Part shown: positions 26,683-39,922 of the stretch, piece after piece
Position numbering within the stretch: the first letter of the stretch is position 1
Layout of the letters: each line of letters begins with the position of its first letter
Origin: Bilabrum cf. latius
Taxonomy: Eukaryota
NCBI GenBank assembly: GCA_965178125.1
Contig: OZ237760.1
Span: 868,001 to 928,314, forward strand
Direction: 5' to 3'
Length of the DNA stretch: 60,314 nt
Notes under the pieces: model-generated
Databases searched by the model: none
What the model saw: the letters and a program-made list of their open reading frames with translations, nothing else
What the model was told of the DNA's origin: nothing
Program-made: the position numbers and the translations under genes

Positions 26683-28362
26683 TCAGCCCTGCATGACCCT
26701 GCAGCCGCTTCCATCCACGGTGATGCTCAGCTCTGGATCGCCGCTGCCGCCGCTATCATGCGGCCCTGGCCCCCCTCCCACCGCAACGGAGGGCTGTGCG
26801 TGCTTTCGCTTGCCCCTGGTCTTCGGCAGAGCGGCCTCAAATACTACGGTCCGCTTGTGCTTCCTGCCCCTCGAGTCCATGACCATGGCCGTGGCAGCGT
26901 ATTCTCCTGGAGCCAGCCCCCCGATGCGCATGTCCACCGCGCATGCCTCGGAGGGAGGCAGCTCGTCCAGCTCAGCCTGTGCACTGCCAAGGGACTGCTT
27001 CAGGGTAATCGCCCGGCCCACTGCATCGCCGCTGTCCCCGCTGCTGCAAACATCCGCACCGCTGCAAGTGGACTCACCGCCAGCTTCGATCCCTCCCGCT
27101 GCTGCCTCATCCATGTCCAGGATCGCCTCTGCTCCTGGTAGTAGGGACAGCCAGCTCACTTCCTAAGCAGCATCTTCCCCGGCACTGTCGTCCATGTCGG
27201 CGTCCAAGACTCCCTGCCCATCCCTCTGCCACTCCTCCCGGGCTTGTTGCACCTCTGCTATCAGCTCACGCTCCACCTGAGTCCGCTTGCCCGCTGCCAT
27301 CGCCGCTGCAAATGTGTCACTACCCTCTAAGCACTGCATGGCATACGATCCTTTCGGCAACTCGTTCTTCCCGCGCTTGCCAGCCCCTTGCTGCTTCTGC
27401 TGGTGTCCCCGGTTGGTCAACGCCCGGGCCTCCCCCGGAGACACGCTCGCGACCGTCAGACACAGCCGGGAGTGCTTCGGGTGCAGCCGAGGCAGTCCCT
27501 GCATGTCGATATGCGCATCGAATACCATGGTGGGAGGCGCGTTCGCCCCTTCCTCCACGAAGGGTCCCCGCACCCAGAGCTGCAGTCCGGCGGCAGCGAG
27601 AGGGTCGGTGCCGGGCGATGCTGGAAATTCATGCGCAGTTGCCAGCAGCTGATCATCCAGAGTCGTACCTTCGGCCGAGATGGTGGCTCCGGTCCTGCCT
27701 GATCGCACAATGGTCGCTCGCTTGCTCTGCCCAAGGGCTGTCGGCGGTGGGACGTCCAACTCATCATGCATCCAAGCAAATTGCTGCTCTAGCCCGACAA
27801 ATCCACCCAATGCAAGCAGTCCAAGAGCAAAGAATACAGCATGCAAACTTGTTGATGGCCGGTACTGCTTTGGGTTTTCGACCATTTCGAGTTGGCTAGA
27901 GCTAGTCTGTAGCGGCTTTGGTGACAGGACCAGTTCAGCACTGGTTTGCGGTCTGCAGCGTCGCCTGGCGATGGGTGATATAATTATATCCATAGATTGG
28001 GCAGGTTCAAGGGTAGACTGCTCCACAGTATCGTCTGCAGCACCAATCATTGTGGCAGACTCGTTGCCGTGAGCAGATGCTGCGTCGCAGCTTGCCAGCG
28101 TTGCTGGACCAAAAATTGCTCTAGCAGTAGACCCTCCGTCGATGTAGCCAGAAACAGACACATCACTTAAAATCCCTCCTTCCGTTTCAGTGCTGTCGCC
28201 TTCGATGGGAGTGTCAGGCGAGATTGCTGCAGCTGGCCGAAAGACCAGAGATCTGTGCACATCTTTCTGAGGGGTCTTAATCGATGCTCCTTCGCTCTTC
28301 AGAGGCTTATTATTAAGACTAACGCCGTGTAGCGTGTTCTAGTCAACCTATGTCAGCGGCAT
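26683..28362 (-). CDS. Hypothetical single-pass membrane protein (~560 aa)
   Basis: ATG 28362 (MPLT*VD*NTL...), three TAG codons, one hydrophobic helix (LHAVFFALGLLALGGFVGL), stop TGA 26683-26685. No family recognised. Confidence 0.6.
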
Positions 28363-28508
28363 ACTGGCAGTAGGGGTTCGTCTGTCCACTCGCGCCGAAA
28401 TCCCGGCTTGACGAACGTTCGTTTTTGACAAGCGAACTTCGTGTCGGCGAACGCAACGTTTGAACGGCCGTACTCAACACAAGTCGCCCGTCATCACAGC
28501 GCCTCATA

Positions 28509-31500
28509 ATGCAAGCCCAAGGGTCTGGGGCGAATACTGATGTTGTTATAATATCTGTGGATTTATTTGAAGGGCGTGCGTTTCCGTACCGAAGGTCAGG
28601 CTCGAATCCCAGGGGGAGGCGAGGCAAAGTGGCTTCTGGAAGTGACACAGGTGGAGGAGGCATAGTTGCCTACGGCAGTCTAATTGGCTAGATGTAGCAA
28701 TCTCCTGAGTCGATACCAAGGAGTTCATCGCATACAAGCGACCCGCGATGGGGCACAACAGGAGCGAAGCTCCGTTGGTCCATGTCACCAAAACAGTGGT
28801 CGGACCTGAAGCGATCGTCGCCCTTTTTAAAGCTGTCTCTAGTTGATAAGAATGTTAAGCCTGTCATTGGTCGGGCGGCTGCTGCAGCTGCACGAGGGTC
28901 GGGCCAGAAAGGCTACGAAGATGGCAAGTCAATCGGCTGGGTCGTACTGGACCTTCGTCTGTGCGAGGCAGCTCTTGCGCAGACACAGCAAGCCTTCTAG
29001 GGGTGGCTTCGATTAGGTGGTATTGAAGAAGCCGCTCGAGGCGGGGCAGAGGTTCGGGTGCGCGCCAGCATGACCCATGTGTCCCGCCGGCCAGTGGCCG
29101 TGCCAACTTTGGCAGCTGGTGAGGCCTCCAGTGCAGCCGCCGAGGAAGGGGCAGGGCCCACGCAGATCCGAGGGGAAGATGCTTTGCTCAATCAAATTAC
29201 TGGGTCGGCCGCCCCTGCCGCCTTGTTGCCGCCCACGCAGGACCCTAGCTCTGGTTACGCACCTGCGCCTGTGCCTGCGACAGCAAACGCGCCTGCACCT
29301 GGCTCTCACACTGGCTCTGGACTGGCCCAAGCCGAAAGCTCCTTGCCTGGCAATACCGTGCCCAAAGACGGGCGCGTCGGTGATTGGGGTAGTGCTGCCA
29401 GCGGGGGCGCCCTGGAGCTGGGCGGGGGTCAGGCTGCGGCGCCAGCAGCCGCCTAGGGCACGTCTGCGTGGGAGGCGGAGCAGCGAGCGCCGCGCCGACT
29501 GTTCGAGCTATGCGTTGAGGTAGAGGCTGGGCAGGCCGCAGTCGGAGACAGGCCAGGGGAGATTCCCGCTGGCACGGCTGTATGGCTATCGTACCGCTTG
29601 TTCGGGGTCGTGGTCCAGTCCGCGGTGGTGTCTTCCAGTGCAGCCGAGGCAGGAGGGGAGGCCAGACTGGGCCTGGAGCCGCAGCGGGACAGGTTCCGCA
29701 TGAGGGGGCGCCGCGCCGAGATGGCTCGATTCATCCGCGCGGCTCCTGCCCTGCCCGTGTTCCTGTGCTCCAGCGGGAAGGTCTGGGGGGCGGCCAGGCT
29801 GCCGCTGTCCCGGCTGCTGGACGGCGTCCTGCTCGCAGAGGACGAGGCCCAGGGGGCCACTGGGGCGGCCGAGGACCGGCGGTGGGGCGAGGCGGGAGGC
29901 GGGCCCGGTACTGCCGCGGGCCCCGAGGGCGTGCTGGGGTGGCCGTCCACCGGGCTGGATGCCGCCGGTGGGTGGTTCCAGGTGATGTCCATGGGCGGGG
30001 CGCCCCGGAGGATCGGTGCGCTGCGGGCGCGGCTGTCGGTGCGGGAGGTGGGTGCGGGGGGCCAAGTGAGTCCCAGCCGCGCTTCTTCCGTCAGTGGAGG
30101 TGCCGCTGCTAGGGGCGAATCGGTCCCTTCCGCTGCTAGGGGCGAATCGGTCCCTTCCGCTGCTAGGGGCGAATCGGTCCCTTCCGCCAGGCCTCCCTCC
30201 GGGTAGCACGGTGGCGGTGGCGGTAGCGCGCCCCGTGATGACAAGCGAGAGAGGTCACCTGCTCGGCAGCATCTATCCGGTGAAAGCGAGCAATACCGCC
30301 ATTTACAGGCAGACGCCGGCGGTCCATCAGGCAATAGGTCCGCAGAGCCAGCAGGCCAGACGCGTCCAGAGGGTCGCCAGGCAACGCAAGCCTCGGGAAG
30401 CAGCGATGGCCGCGGGCCAGAGTCGGCCTCGCTCCCCCGCGCGGAGCTCAGTCTCGTCTCGCTGTCAGCGGCCCTGAGTGCGGGGGAGGTCGGCGCCGTG
30501 TCCTCGCTGGCGTCCACGAGCCTCTCGCAAGGGGTGCAGCTGGAGGTGGCCGTGGTGCCGCACCCAGATGACCCCGCGGGACGAGGCTCCGGCGCCGTGG
30601 CTGCTCGCGTCTCCGGCAAGCACGGCGCGGTGGTGGCACGGGCCGAGGACGGCAGAGGGGCCGCGGTGCACATGTCGAGGGCCGTGAGGCTGGCCTTCCC
30701 CCCGGACGCGTGCGGGTCCCGCCCGGAGCAGGCCGGCGTCAGGGTGCGGCTGCTCGCGGGCGGAGAGGCGGCGGAGCCTCTGCTGGAGGGGTGGGTGCAG
30801 CTGGAGCTGCTCAGGGTCGCGCAGCGCATGGGAGAAGCGGCAGAGGCCGGTGTTGCGGGGCAGCTCGAGGGCTGGGCGCGGGATGGCGGGGTCAAAGTGG
30901 CCCTGCAGCCACTGGGACAAGAGGACGAGGGCCCCGCGAGCGGGGCGGGAGGAAGGGGGCGTAGCGGTGGGGGTGTAGGCGGCGCCGACGAGTCGCAGGG
31001 GCACGTGGTGCTGCGACTGCACGTAGCAGAATCAGACGGAGCTTCCAGCGAGGAGGACAGGCCGCAGGGACAGAGCACAGAGCAGTCGAGTGGGACTGCT
31101 GGAGGTGTATCACCGGGGGATGCCGGGCCCCGGTCCAGCGATCAGCCCGTGGAGAGCGCCGGCCGCGCTCGCCCCGCCTTCACCACGCCGCGAGACGTAA
31201 GCGACGTGCACGGGGGACGGGGGACGGCCAGGCCACGCAGGTCCCGTGCCAGGCGAGGACAGCCCTGGCTTCCCTTATTCCCCGGGTCACCTTCGGACGC
31301 GGCCACGGCCACGTCAGTGCGCCGCTTCCGCTTCAGCCTGGAGGCTAGGGCAGTGCGAGGGCTGGGCAGGGCGGCCGCAGTGCAGGCGCGATTCGCCCTG
31401 CCAGAGCTGGACGGGGTCCCGCCCTCGGCAGCGGCAGCCGCTGCCCACGATGCCTCGGCGGCCGCGGAGGGCGCGATCGGTGAGGCGAGGTCCGCCTTGC

Positions 31501-33968
31501 CGTAGGTCCCGTGGTGCGTCTCCCGGCCCCCAGTGGTGGTGCCTCGGTCGTCTGAGCGGCTGCTGCCCGGGGGCTTCCGCTCGTGGGACGCATGCGTGCA
31601 CGGTGCCTCTTTGTGCGCGTGGGCGTCCTCGAGGGCGGCCGAAGTGGAAGTCACGGGCAAGGACCCGAGGGGCTACCGGGATGACGAGCGCATCGGGGCG
31701 GGGCGCCTACCGCTGTGGCCGCTGCTGGCGGGACAGCCGGCGGCGGGCAAGAACGGTGAAAACACGCGTGCTTCCAGAGCCGCGAGCGCCGGGGCGCAGC
31801 AGCCTGCCGGCGTCTCAGTGCACTACCGGTGCCCCCACACCCAGAGAGTCTTCCCCACCAGGGCCGCACTGCAGACACACACTTCGCAGCTCAAGCGCGC
31901 ATGGTCGCTGGGCCTGTGGGCGCCCGACGGAGTGCCCCCGCGGCGGCGAGGCGGCAGCGGCACTGGAGAGGACGGCGGAGCATCGCGCCAGGGGCCGGAC
32001 TGGAGCCTGCCGGCCGTGGTGGTGCGGTCGCTGGACTGCTGGGTGCCTGTGCTGGGGGGCGTGTCGGCGGAGCATGAGGAGGAGAGGCGCGAGCAGCAGG
32101 TGCAGCTGCGCGGGCAGCTGCGGCTGGTCGCAACCCTTGAGGATATGGGTCCTCTGGTTCCGCCTGGGCGCACGGCAGGACCCGCCGATCTCGGGGCGGA
32201 CAGCGGTGGAGATGAGGCAGCCACGGTGGAGGCCAGCCTGTACAGGGAGGTGGAGGCGGCCGCCGATCGCGCGCGACGCTCCGGCGTGGCCCAGCGTTTG
32301 GCTGCCCCGATGCCCGGCGGGAGCGCAAGGAGCACCCAGCTGCGAGCCACCATCGTGGACCCGCTGGCGGCGGCCAAGGCGTGGTACGGGGCCCGCTGGC
32401 GGTTGCTAGTGGCTGGGGCGCAGGAGGCGGCGCGGGCGCTCGGAATGGCTCCCGGCCTGGCGGTGCCACAGGACCTCAGCAGCGCCACTGCGGGCGCGGG
32501 CAGCAGTTCTCCAGATGGATCCACGGCGGGGCCGCGCTCGGTCGATGACTGGGAGGAGGGCGATGAGGAGGCCACAGAGCAGCCCCTCGATAGGCATGGG
32601 AGGGGCGGCCGATGGGGCGGTGGAGCTGCTCGAGGTGGATCGGCGGACGCTGCAATCGATGCGGCGGTATCTGCGGCGGTGGCAGATGCCGAGGCTGCGT
32701 TTCAGCGGTGGCGCGAAGGTGAGGAGGCCCGCTTCCAGGCGTCTCTGCGGGAGCGGGAGGCAGACGCGCGGGAAGCTTTGCAGCGCGAGTTCGAAGAGCG
32801 CGAGGAGGAGCGGCAGGCGGACGCTGCGGCTGCCAGCGGCGAGGTGGATGCCCTGGAGCGGAGGCTGCGGAAGGCACTGGTGGTGGCGGAGCGGAGGGCC
32901 TCGGAGGCAGCGGCGGCGCAGCGGGAGGCGGAGCGCACCGCGGAGGCCTCTGCCCGCGAGGCGGCCGCAGAGGCCAAGCGGGTGCGTGAGGAGGCTGCGC
33001 ACAGGACGCGCATGGAGCGGGAAAAGTCCGATGCTGCTCAGAAGCGCGCCCAGGAGGCGCAAGAGGAGGCCGACCGGGAGAGGGCGGGGAGGCGAGAGGC
33101 CGAGTCGCAGGCGGCGAGGGCAGAGGCGCGCGTGGCTGCGCTCGAGGAGAGGCTGGCAGGGTATGCGGGGAATGGTGAGAGCGAGGGAGGGGGCGGGGAC
33201 AGCGGGCCGGGGGCCCTGCGGCGGGCGCTGCGGGAGGCGGCCGAGGCGCAGGGGCGGGCAGCTTCTTCGGATGCGGCGCTGTCTGCGGAGCGGGAGAGGA
33301 GGGTGAGGGGCGAGGGTGACCTGAGGACGGCTCGGGCCCAGGGCCTGCGGCTGGCCCGGGAGGTGGTGCGGCTGAGAGAGGCGCTTCGGCGGCGGGAGCA
33401 GGCGGAGGTGTCTCGGCTGCGAGTGGAGTACTTGGCCCGAGAGGGCAGGTACGAGCTGGATGGGGATCGGGCGCGGCTGGCAGAGCTGAGGGGTCGGCTG
33501 GAGCAGGTGAGGGCAGGGGGTGTGAGGCTGGGACTGGGGCTGGGCAATGATGCAAGTGGTAGGGGTGTCGCCGGTGGGCGCAGTGGGGTGCAGGAGAGCA
33601 AAGAGATGGAGGGACAGGCGCGCCCAGGGGACTCGGTCTCCCCCCCTCGTCTGCCTCCCAGTGGAGGACAAGAGATGCCTGAGAGCAGCGAGCCACCTGC
33701 TCAGTCTGAGGCATCGCCGGGGCATGTGTAGGAGGTGGACCAGCCCGGCGACAATGTGGGAATGGAGGAGGCAGGGGTTGACGAGCCGAGCTTCAGCAGC
33801 GAGGCGGAGGCACGGGCGCAAGCAGAGAGGCTTGAGGGGGAGCTGGCAGAGCTGACGGCGGCGTGCGGGCTGCCGAGGTCCAACCCCCTGGTGAAGGACC
33901 TTGAGAGGATGCTCGGAGTTGCCAGGGAAGCGGCGAGCAGGCTGGCATCGAGCAAGTCTACTGAATGA
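28509..33968 (+). CDS. CEP120: Centrosomal/basal-body protein CEP120 homolog (~1,820 aa)
   Basis: C2A (VDLFEGRAFP, IGWVVLDLR), C2B (WLSYRLFGVVVQS, LEPQRDRFRMRG, LPVFLCSSGKVWGAARLPL), C2C (RFRFSLEARAV) and coiled coil (FQRWREGEEARFQASLRERE). Seven TAG codons (28689, 28695, 28998, 29454, 30204, 31503, 33729); stop TGA 33966-33968. Confidence 0.85.
30103..30187 (+). repeat. 27-bp coding tandem repeat x3 (AARGESVPS) inside CEP120
   Basis: CCGCTGCTAGGGGCGAATCGGTCCCTT repeated three times. Confidence 0.9.
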
Positions 33969-34109
33969 CTTGGCAGTATATCAATGTGTGTTGTATCGAA
34001 CGGTCTATTGCGGCCGACTCGTTCGGAACGTCTAGTGTTGCGCTTCCGGTTTTCGGTGCCACACCTCGGTGAAAAACAAGCAAGTGCCGCGGGCACCTCA
34101 ATTGCTACG

Positions 34110-36698
34110 ATGCGCTCTCAGTTCGCGAACTTGGCATCTCGATTCCATCGCTTTGCTCTGTTTTCTCGGCGTCAATTCTCGTCACGCGCTGCTCCTTCAC
34201 AAACGCCGAGAAAGGTACGCACAAGGTTTGCCCCCTCGCCAACAGGCTCGCTACATATTGGCGGTCTTCGAACGGCGCTCTTTAACTTCATGTTGGCAAA
34301 ACAGAGCGGTGGTGAGTTTCTGTTGCGGGTCGAAGATACAGATAGGACACGATTTGTGCCAGGGGCGACGGAAGGAATCTTACTTGAATTGCAACTGTGT
34401 GGAATCAAACCGGACCATGGCCCAAGCAAGAACGATGTGCAGCACAGTATAGAAATGCACGGCGGTTCGTAGCAAGCACGGGCGCATGCAACTGATGAAT
34501 CTGGTGGCCCATTCCTCCAGTCCCTGCGGCTCAGGCTGTACCATGCGATTGCAGCCAGGCTACTGGCATCCGGGGCAGCATACAGGTGCTTTTGCTCATC
34601 AGATAGATTGAATACTCTCCGAGAAGACCAGGCTCGCCGGGGTGTCCCAGTCATGTACGACGGTCGTTGCTCCGCGGTACCTGCTCAGGAGGCCGAGTAG
34701 CGGGCTGCGAGCGGTGAGCCGCACGTGATTCGCCTGAGGGTGCCGCGATTGGGCTCCATGGGTACCGGTCAGGGTAGCAATGACGCATCCCCTGCATCTC
34801 TAGCCGGTCTCAACCAGCCCTTTGCCCCGCGAGTGGGACACTCCGGGCTGAGCGTGGACGTGAGCGAGGGCCAGGCAGCACTCCGGGCCAGCGACACGGT
34901 GCTGGGGACGACCCGCTTCCCGCTGGTGGCAGTGGACGACGGGGTGCTGCTCAAGAGCGACGGATGGCCCACGTACCACCTCGCTTCCGTTGCGGATGAC
35001 GCGTGCATGGGCATCTCGCACGTGATCCGGGGGCAGGAATGGCTGGCCTCCTTGCCCAAGCACGGGCTGCTGTACAGGGCCCTTGGCTGGGACCGCAAGG
35101 GCACAGGGGGCGAGGGGAGCCAGGAGAACAGTAGCAGTGGCCAGTGGTTAGAGGGCGGTCCCGCTGGCCCGGGGGATGGGTTCGACAAGGCGGCTGCAGG
35201 CACCATCGGGCTGGCTCCCATGCCGGGTGCGGCCTCCATGCCCTGGATGTTCCCCCAAGGTGGGGACGAGGATCCCCTGGGGGACTGGCTGGACCTGCAA
35301 CCATGGGCCGGGTGGAATGAAGCCGATGATGCGTTCGACCTGCCGAGCTTCACGCACCTTCCTCTGCTGCTGGGCGAGGACCGGAGCAAGCTGAGCAAGC
35401 GGCACGGTGCTGCCAGCGTGCAGGAGTACAGAGAGAGGGGCGTGCTGCCCGAGGCGCTGCTGAACCACGTGGCGCTGTTGGGCTGGCACCCCGGTGGGGG
35501 GGACACCCGTGAGGTGTTTTCCCTGCCCCAGCTGTGCGCCGAGTTCAGACTGGACGAGGTGAGCAAGTCGGATGCGGTGGTGCTGGAGCACAAACGGAGG
35601 TGGATCGAGGGTAAGCACTTGAGGGCGGCTGTGCTGCACGGAGGTGTGCATTGCCAGCCGCATGAGGCCTCAGATGCAGATGCAGGGGCTGACACGGATG
35701 GCAAGGCCCCTGCGAGAGAGCCCGCCAGTCCCGAGAGGGTGCGCGCCATGGAGGAGGCCCTGGGGGGCCACTGGCCGGGGGGAGTCTCAGGGGTGCAGGG
35801 CGGCAAGCAACGGCTGTTGGGGCGCATCACCAGCGAGCTGGCTCGTGTGGTGCATGATCGCGCTACTTCCGTGGAGAGCGCCGTGCTGCAGGAGGAAAGG
35901 GCGGGCTGGCGCATGGACCGGCCCGAGGCAGTGTGGCTGGAGGGCTTCAAGGGAGAAGAGGCAGCCGAGGCCATGGGGCGGCAGCAGGGTATCGTCATGG
36001 ACGCAGCGCTGGCCAGAGCGTGCGTTCTGCTGCGGGCTGGCGGATACTACGAGCCCACGGTCAGTGTGCGCCCGTCACTCGCAATAGAGCCAGGGGACAG
36101 AGAGGAAGAAGTGTGCACCAATCTCGAGATGAAGCACGAGTGGAGAGGGGGTGTACCCGAGGAGAAGGTGTTGATAGACTAGCAGAAGCTGCTGCAGCTG
36201 CTGGAGATGGTCTTCGAGCGAGCCGAGGTGGCCGCAGACCTCCCGGGGGTGATGCTGCCGGTATTGCTGCCTCCCGACTGGGCGGGCAAGGAGTCACAGG
36301 CCTCCATGCCGACGGCTTGCGGGGACTCGCAGGATGGCAGAAGGATCAGCGCCGAGCTGCTGGACGCACTGGTGGATGAGCTTAGAGCTGCAGCATCGAC
36401 CATGCGAGACGAGTGCGAGGGATCACCTGAGGGGAAGGGCTGGGGCGCGACTGCGATGAAGGCCGCCAGGCGAGCAGCCAAGCGGATGGACAAGGCGAGG
36501 CGGGCCGGTGGGGAGGAGGAGCGGCGGTTCGAGGGATGGCCTGAGCGGGTCAAGCTTCCCATGGTTCTTTTGCCATTGAGGTGGTGCCTCACTGGCAGCG
36601 ATAGCGGGGCGCCCATCGGCAACCTGCTGGATGCCATGGGCCCGGTGGTCACACTGGCGAGGCTGCAAGCCGGAATCAAAGTGCTTCAGTCAGGTTGA
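34110..36698 (+). CDS. EARS2: Glutamate--tRNA ligase, bacterial type, probably mitochondrial (EARS2-like)
   Basis: Transit-like leader [94 protein letters not shown]; anticodon-binding domain [11 protein letters not shown] at 34470, 34698, 36180; stop TGA 36696-36698. Confidence 0.93.
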
Positions 36699-37403
36699 GC
36701 CGCTCCATGGATTGGATCAGAGAGAGTCATATTGAACAGTACTATTCGTATCATGTAATTGCTTCAATCTTCCCCGTCTAGCTTCCTCTTGATTGCCCTC
36801 AGATGCCTGCGATGCGAGCAAGTACAAAGGCATGGCGGCAGATTAAGTCGTACTACCATGCGCAAGCCCGAATAATGAGCTCATTTGTATTCTCACTCAA
36901 CGTAGCGGCACTTCTCGAAGGCATGCCTCTCTGTGTCGCATTCGTACCAAGCAAACTTTGTCTTCCGCCGACACTGATTCAACGGAATCAGCAAGTGAGC
37001 ACAGAAGTCTCGCGCATGAATTGGAATACTATGGTGTCGTAACTGATCAGGGTGTGCGAAATGCTGCCGCTCCTTGTTGAAGGTATACCCTGCGGTTGAA
37101 AGTCGCAGAGAGGCTTGGGACGGCTAGTGAAATCCGAAAATGGCAGCAACAAGGGCCGCAAATCGGCAGGATGCAACGGCTCACTTTTGGCACCACGAAC
37201 ATAACCCAAGTCCTCAGACTTCATGTCTGATTTACTTGCCATGGTAGAGAAGATTGGGGTGCCCGTCCGCCTCTCCAATTAAATATGGTTTTGGGGTATT
37301 TATACCGTGTTGTTATCTCAAGTGCAAGTCCACGCATTCATTCTTCGATCTAGCGCTCAGGTGGTTGCCAAGCTTCATGTTAGTCGGCTGAAGCAATATC
37401 ACA

Positions 37404-38915
37404 ATGGAGGCAGCTGCGTCTGTGGATTTGGTTGGTTCACTAGACTGTGACAATCAGGTATAGAATGGGCTCGAACGGTGCGTAGATGCCGCTGTGTAGC
37501 ATTGCATGTCAAGACGATTTGCCTCCGCCGCTTCTCCTGAGATCCGAGCAATCTCGCATTTTTTGGCGCTAGCGTTACCGCTGTTGGCCTTTCGCCGCTC
37601 AGTTGGGGAGGCATGCTTTGGAATTGTTCGGGCAGCCCGAGTGGGGAAAGCTCACAAGCAGTCTGTGCAGGCAAGGGACCTTCGCAAACTTGGCAATGCA
37701 GAAGCTATTGGCTTGGCTGCGCTATTATCCATTGTACCATACGTCGGCCAGCGCTTCATAACTAAGACGCCATCGTTCGAGACGAGCGCCGCGGCCAGTA
37801 GCGGGGGTCCGACTCCAGATATTGGTGCTTTGCAAAGCGCTGCACGGCACGATGTTCAATAGTGGATGGCAATTGGTTAGGACGGTGAGAATGGTGCTGA
37901 GGCTGATGTAGTTCGGATTGGAACCCCGGATGCGAGCACAACGGGGCCACCCCGCACAGTAGCACAGGCGCTTGCCCGGCTGCTCGTGGCTGTGCGACGG
38001 GCAGGGAGCTAGCTGGCATCGATGGTGCTCCGGCTGGGTATATCAATCGCACGGCCTTTTGTCGTCGGCGTGTATGCAGCTGTCATCAGGCCTGTTTTGC
38101 GGGCCGTGAGCGCCATCCGCTCTCTAGCAGTGGCTCGGATGGGGTACCTGCTGCCCCTTGCCGTGGCATCGGCGGCCAGGGCGGGGGCGGGCACGTTCGC
38201 CAGGGCGCACCGCATCTCTCTCCTGGTCCGTGGGGAGCATTCCACTTGGGCGGATCGACTGGTGCAGGTGCTATCGGTGAGGAGGGCACCGCCACCATCG
38301 ACGATCCACGCGCCAGGGACGGACGCAAGCAGCGGGAGCGGAGCAGGAGCTGCCGTGGCTCCGCAGGCGGCGCTACGCGGCGTGGCGTTGCTGGAGTCTG
38401 CCTCGTCTGCGATCGATGTCGTGGGATCCGCTGCACGGGCGGTTGCGCGGGGGGCGGCCCGTGTGCAGGAGCGGGAGAGCAGGCGGGAAGCGGCAGTGAG
38501 AGGGCAGCGGGCCGGGGGGCTTGAGGGGGGTGCTGGCGGTGCGGGGATGGGAATTCAAGGAGTCGAGTCGAGTGCCTCAATGCAGCGGGCCGCACTACAT
38601 AGTGCGCCGTGCGTGCTTCCAGACGTGCCCAGTTGCAGCCCGCTACGCCAAGCCTCGGCTGGGTCCGCTAGGTCATCTTGTAGTGACTTGGGCGGGGCCA
38701 AGTGCCCCGTGTGCTTCGAGTCGATCTGCGCGGGAAGGAGCAGGGGCGGGCGTGGGAGTATTGAGAACGACGAAGAGGAGCAGCCTGCGTGCGCCTACCC
38801 GTGCGGGCACGTCCTGTGCTGGGAGTGCGGCGTGCAGTGGGTGTCGCAGAAGGGCAGCTGCCCGATGTGCAGGCAGACGGCCACAACGCAAGAGCTGCTC
38901 GCCCTGTAGCAGTGA
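37404..38915 (+). CDS. PEX10: Peroxin PEX10-like RING E3 ligase
   Basis: Pex2/Pex12-type N-terminal region (EIRAISHFLALALPLLAFRRSVGEACFGIV; HRISLLVRGEHSTWADRL) and C3HC4 RING (CPVC...PCGHVLCWEC...W..QKGSCPMCRQ). Six TAG codons (37461, 37497, 37860, 37878, 38010, 38907); stop TGA 38913-38915. Confidence 0.75.
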
Positions 38916-38993
38916 TGCATGATGCGAATCACAAAATATGAGTATCGTCACTCGTGCATGCGCAATCATCCGAGCAGTGTATGTGCAGGAGCA

Positions 38994-39740
38994 TCACGTC
39001 CCCGCTCCAGAGGCAGGATCGGCGCTTCGCCCGGCACCTGCATCCGCGGATTTGCCCTAGCTTCCTGACAGCTTGTCCAAAGCTCCCTTAGCCCTGCGCA
39101 GGCCGGCCACCAGAGTGCCAAGACTCCTCGCGTCCAGCTCGACCTGCACCGTTTCGCGGGGCGGGATCACACCAGATCGAGCTGGCTGAGCTCTCAGAGC
39201 TAATTCAACTAGTGCAGACGGCACGCCAACTCGAGCAGCACTGCTCGCAGATGCGCGCAAATCCACTCTCCAGCGAAGCGCTTCAAGGCGCGGCAGCGAA
39301 GGCCTCTGGAGAGCACTTGCACTTCTCCAAACGGGTATTCTCTTCTGCAGTGTGGCTGCAAGTGCCCTCGCAACGTCTTTATACGTCCCTGCATTCTCCC
39401 ATGTGCTTGCGATGATCAGTAAGGCGTCTTTCTTGGACGGTGCAGGCGACAGCTCTCGCAAAGCCTCGCAAACCAGTCCAATGCCAGCGCTGAGCACCTG
39501 GGCAGTAGCGTCCTCAGACTCAAGACCAAACTTGGTCGTCAATATCCCAAGCGGTGCCTGCGGTCGGAGCGGGACAAATTATAGTTAGTTGATGCAGGCT
39601 AGCCTTGCAACAGCGAGCATCCATTCGAAGAAGCAGCACCATCTTACCCGAGACTAATCGTGGCGGTACCGGAAGCACGCGTTCATGCATGACCCAATAG
39701 CATCTTGACCTTTTCCAGCAAGCAAGGAGAGGCTTTCCAT
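38994..39740 (-). CDS. COMMD9: COMM-domain protein, COMMD9-like
   Basis: SLPRLEALRWRVDLRASASSAARVGVPSALVEL...TVQVELDARSLGTLVAGL matches the COMMD9 COMM domain as recalled. Intron 39647-39558; TAG at 39654 and 39057; stop TGA 38994-38996. Confidence 0.82.
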
Positions 39741-39922
39741 CGCTCTTATTCGACAGAGCACGTTTCCAAGATCCGAAAGGGGGGTTGCGTGTCGTTTTGA
39801 AGACCGACTTTGGGCCCATGCCACTCGAATACTCGACCTTAGCATGGCGCAATCCAACCAGAACTAGTCGAGTGTCAAGTCTGTGCCAGCCAGAGAAGAT
39901 CGCGCAGTAGTCAGTAGGGCCG

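Noticed and set aside
29453-33821. Long antisense and alternate-frame ORFs here and elsewhere (e.g. 3315-4760, 42353-44110, 55249-57003)
   Set aside because: Shadow ORFs expected in very GC-rich coding DNA; the opposite strand or another frame carries the recognisable or coherent protein.
34110-36698. GluRS as part of the recoding machinery
   Set aside because: It is bacterial-type with a transit-peptide-like leader, so probably organellar; nothing links it to cytosolic UAG decoding.
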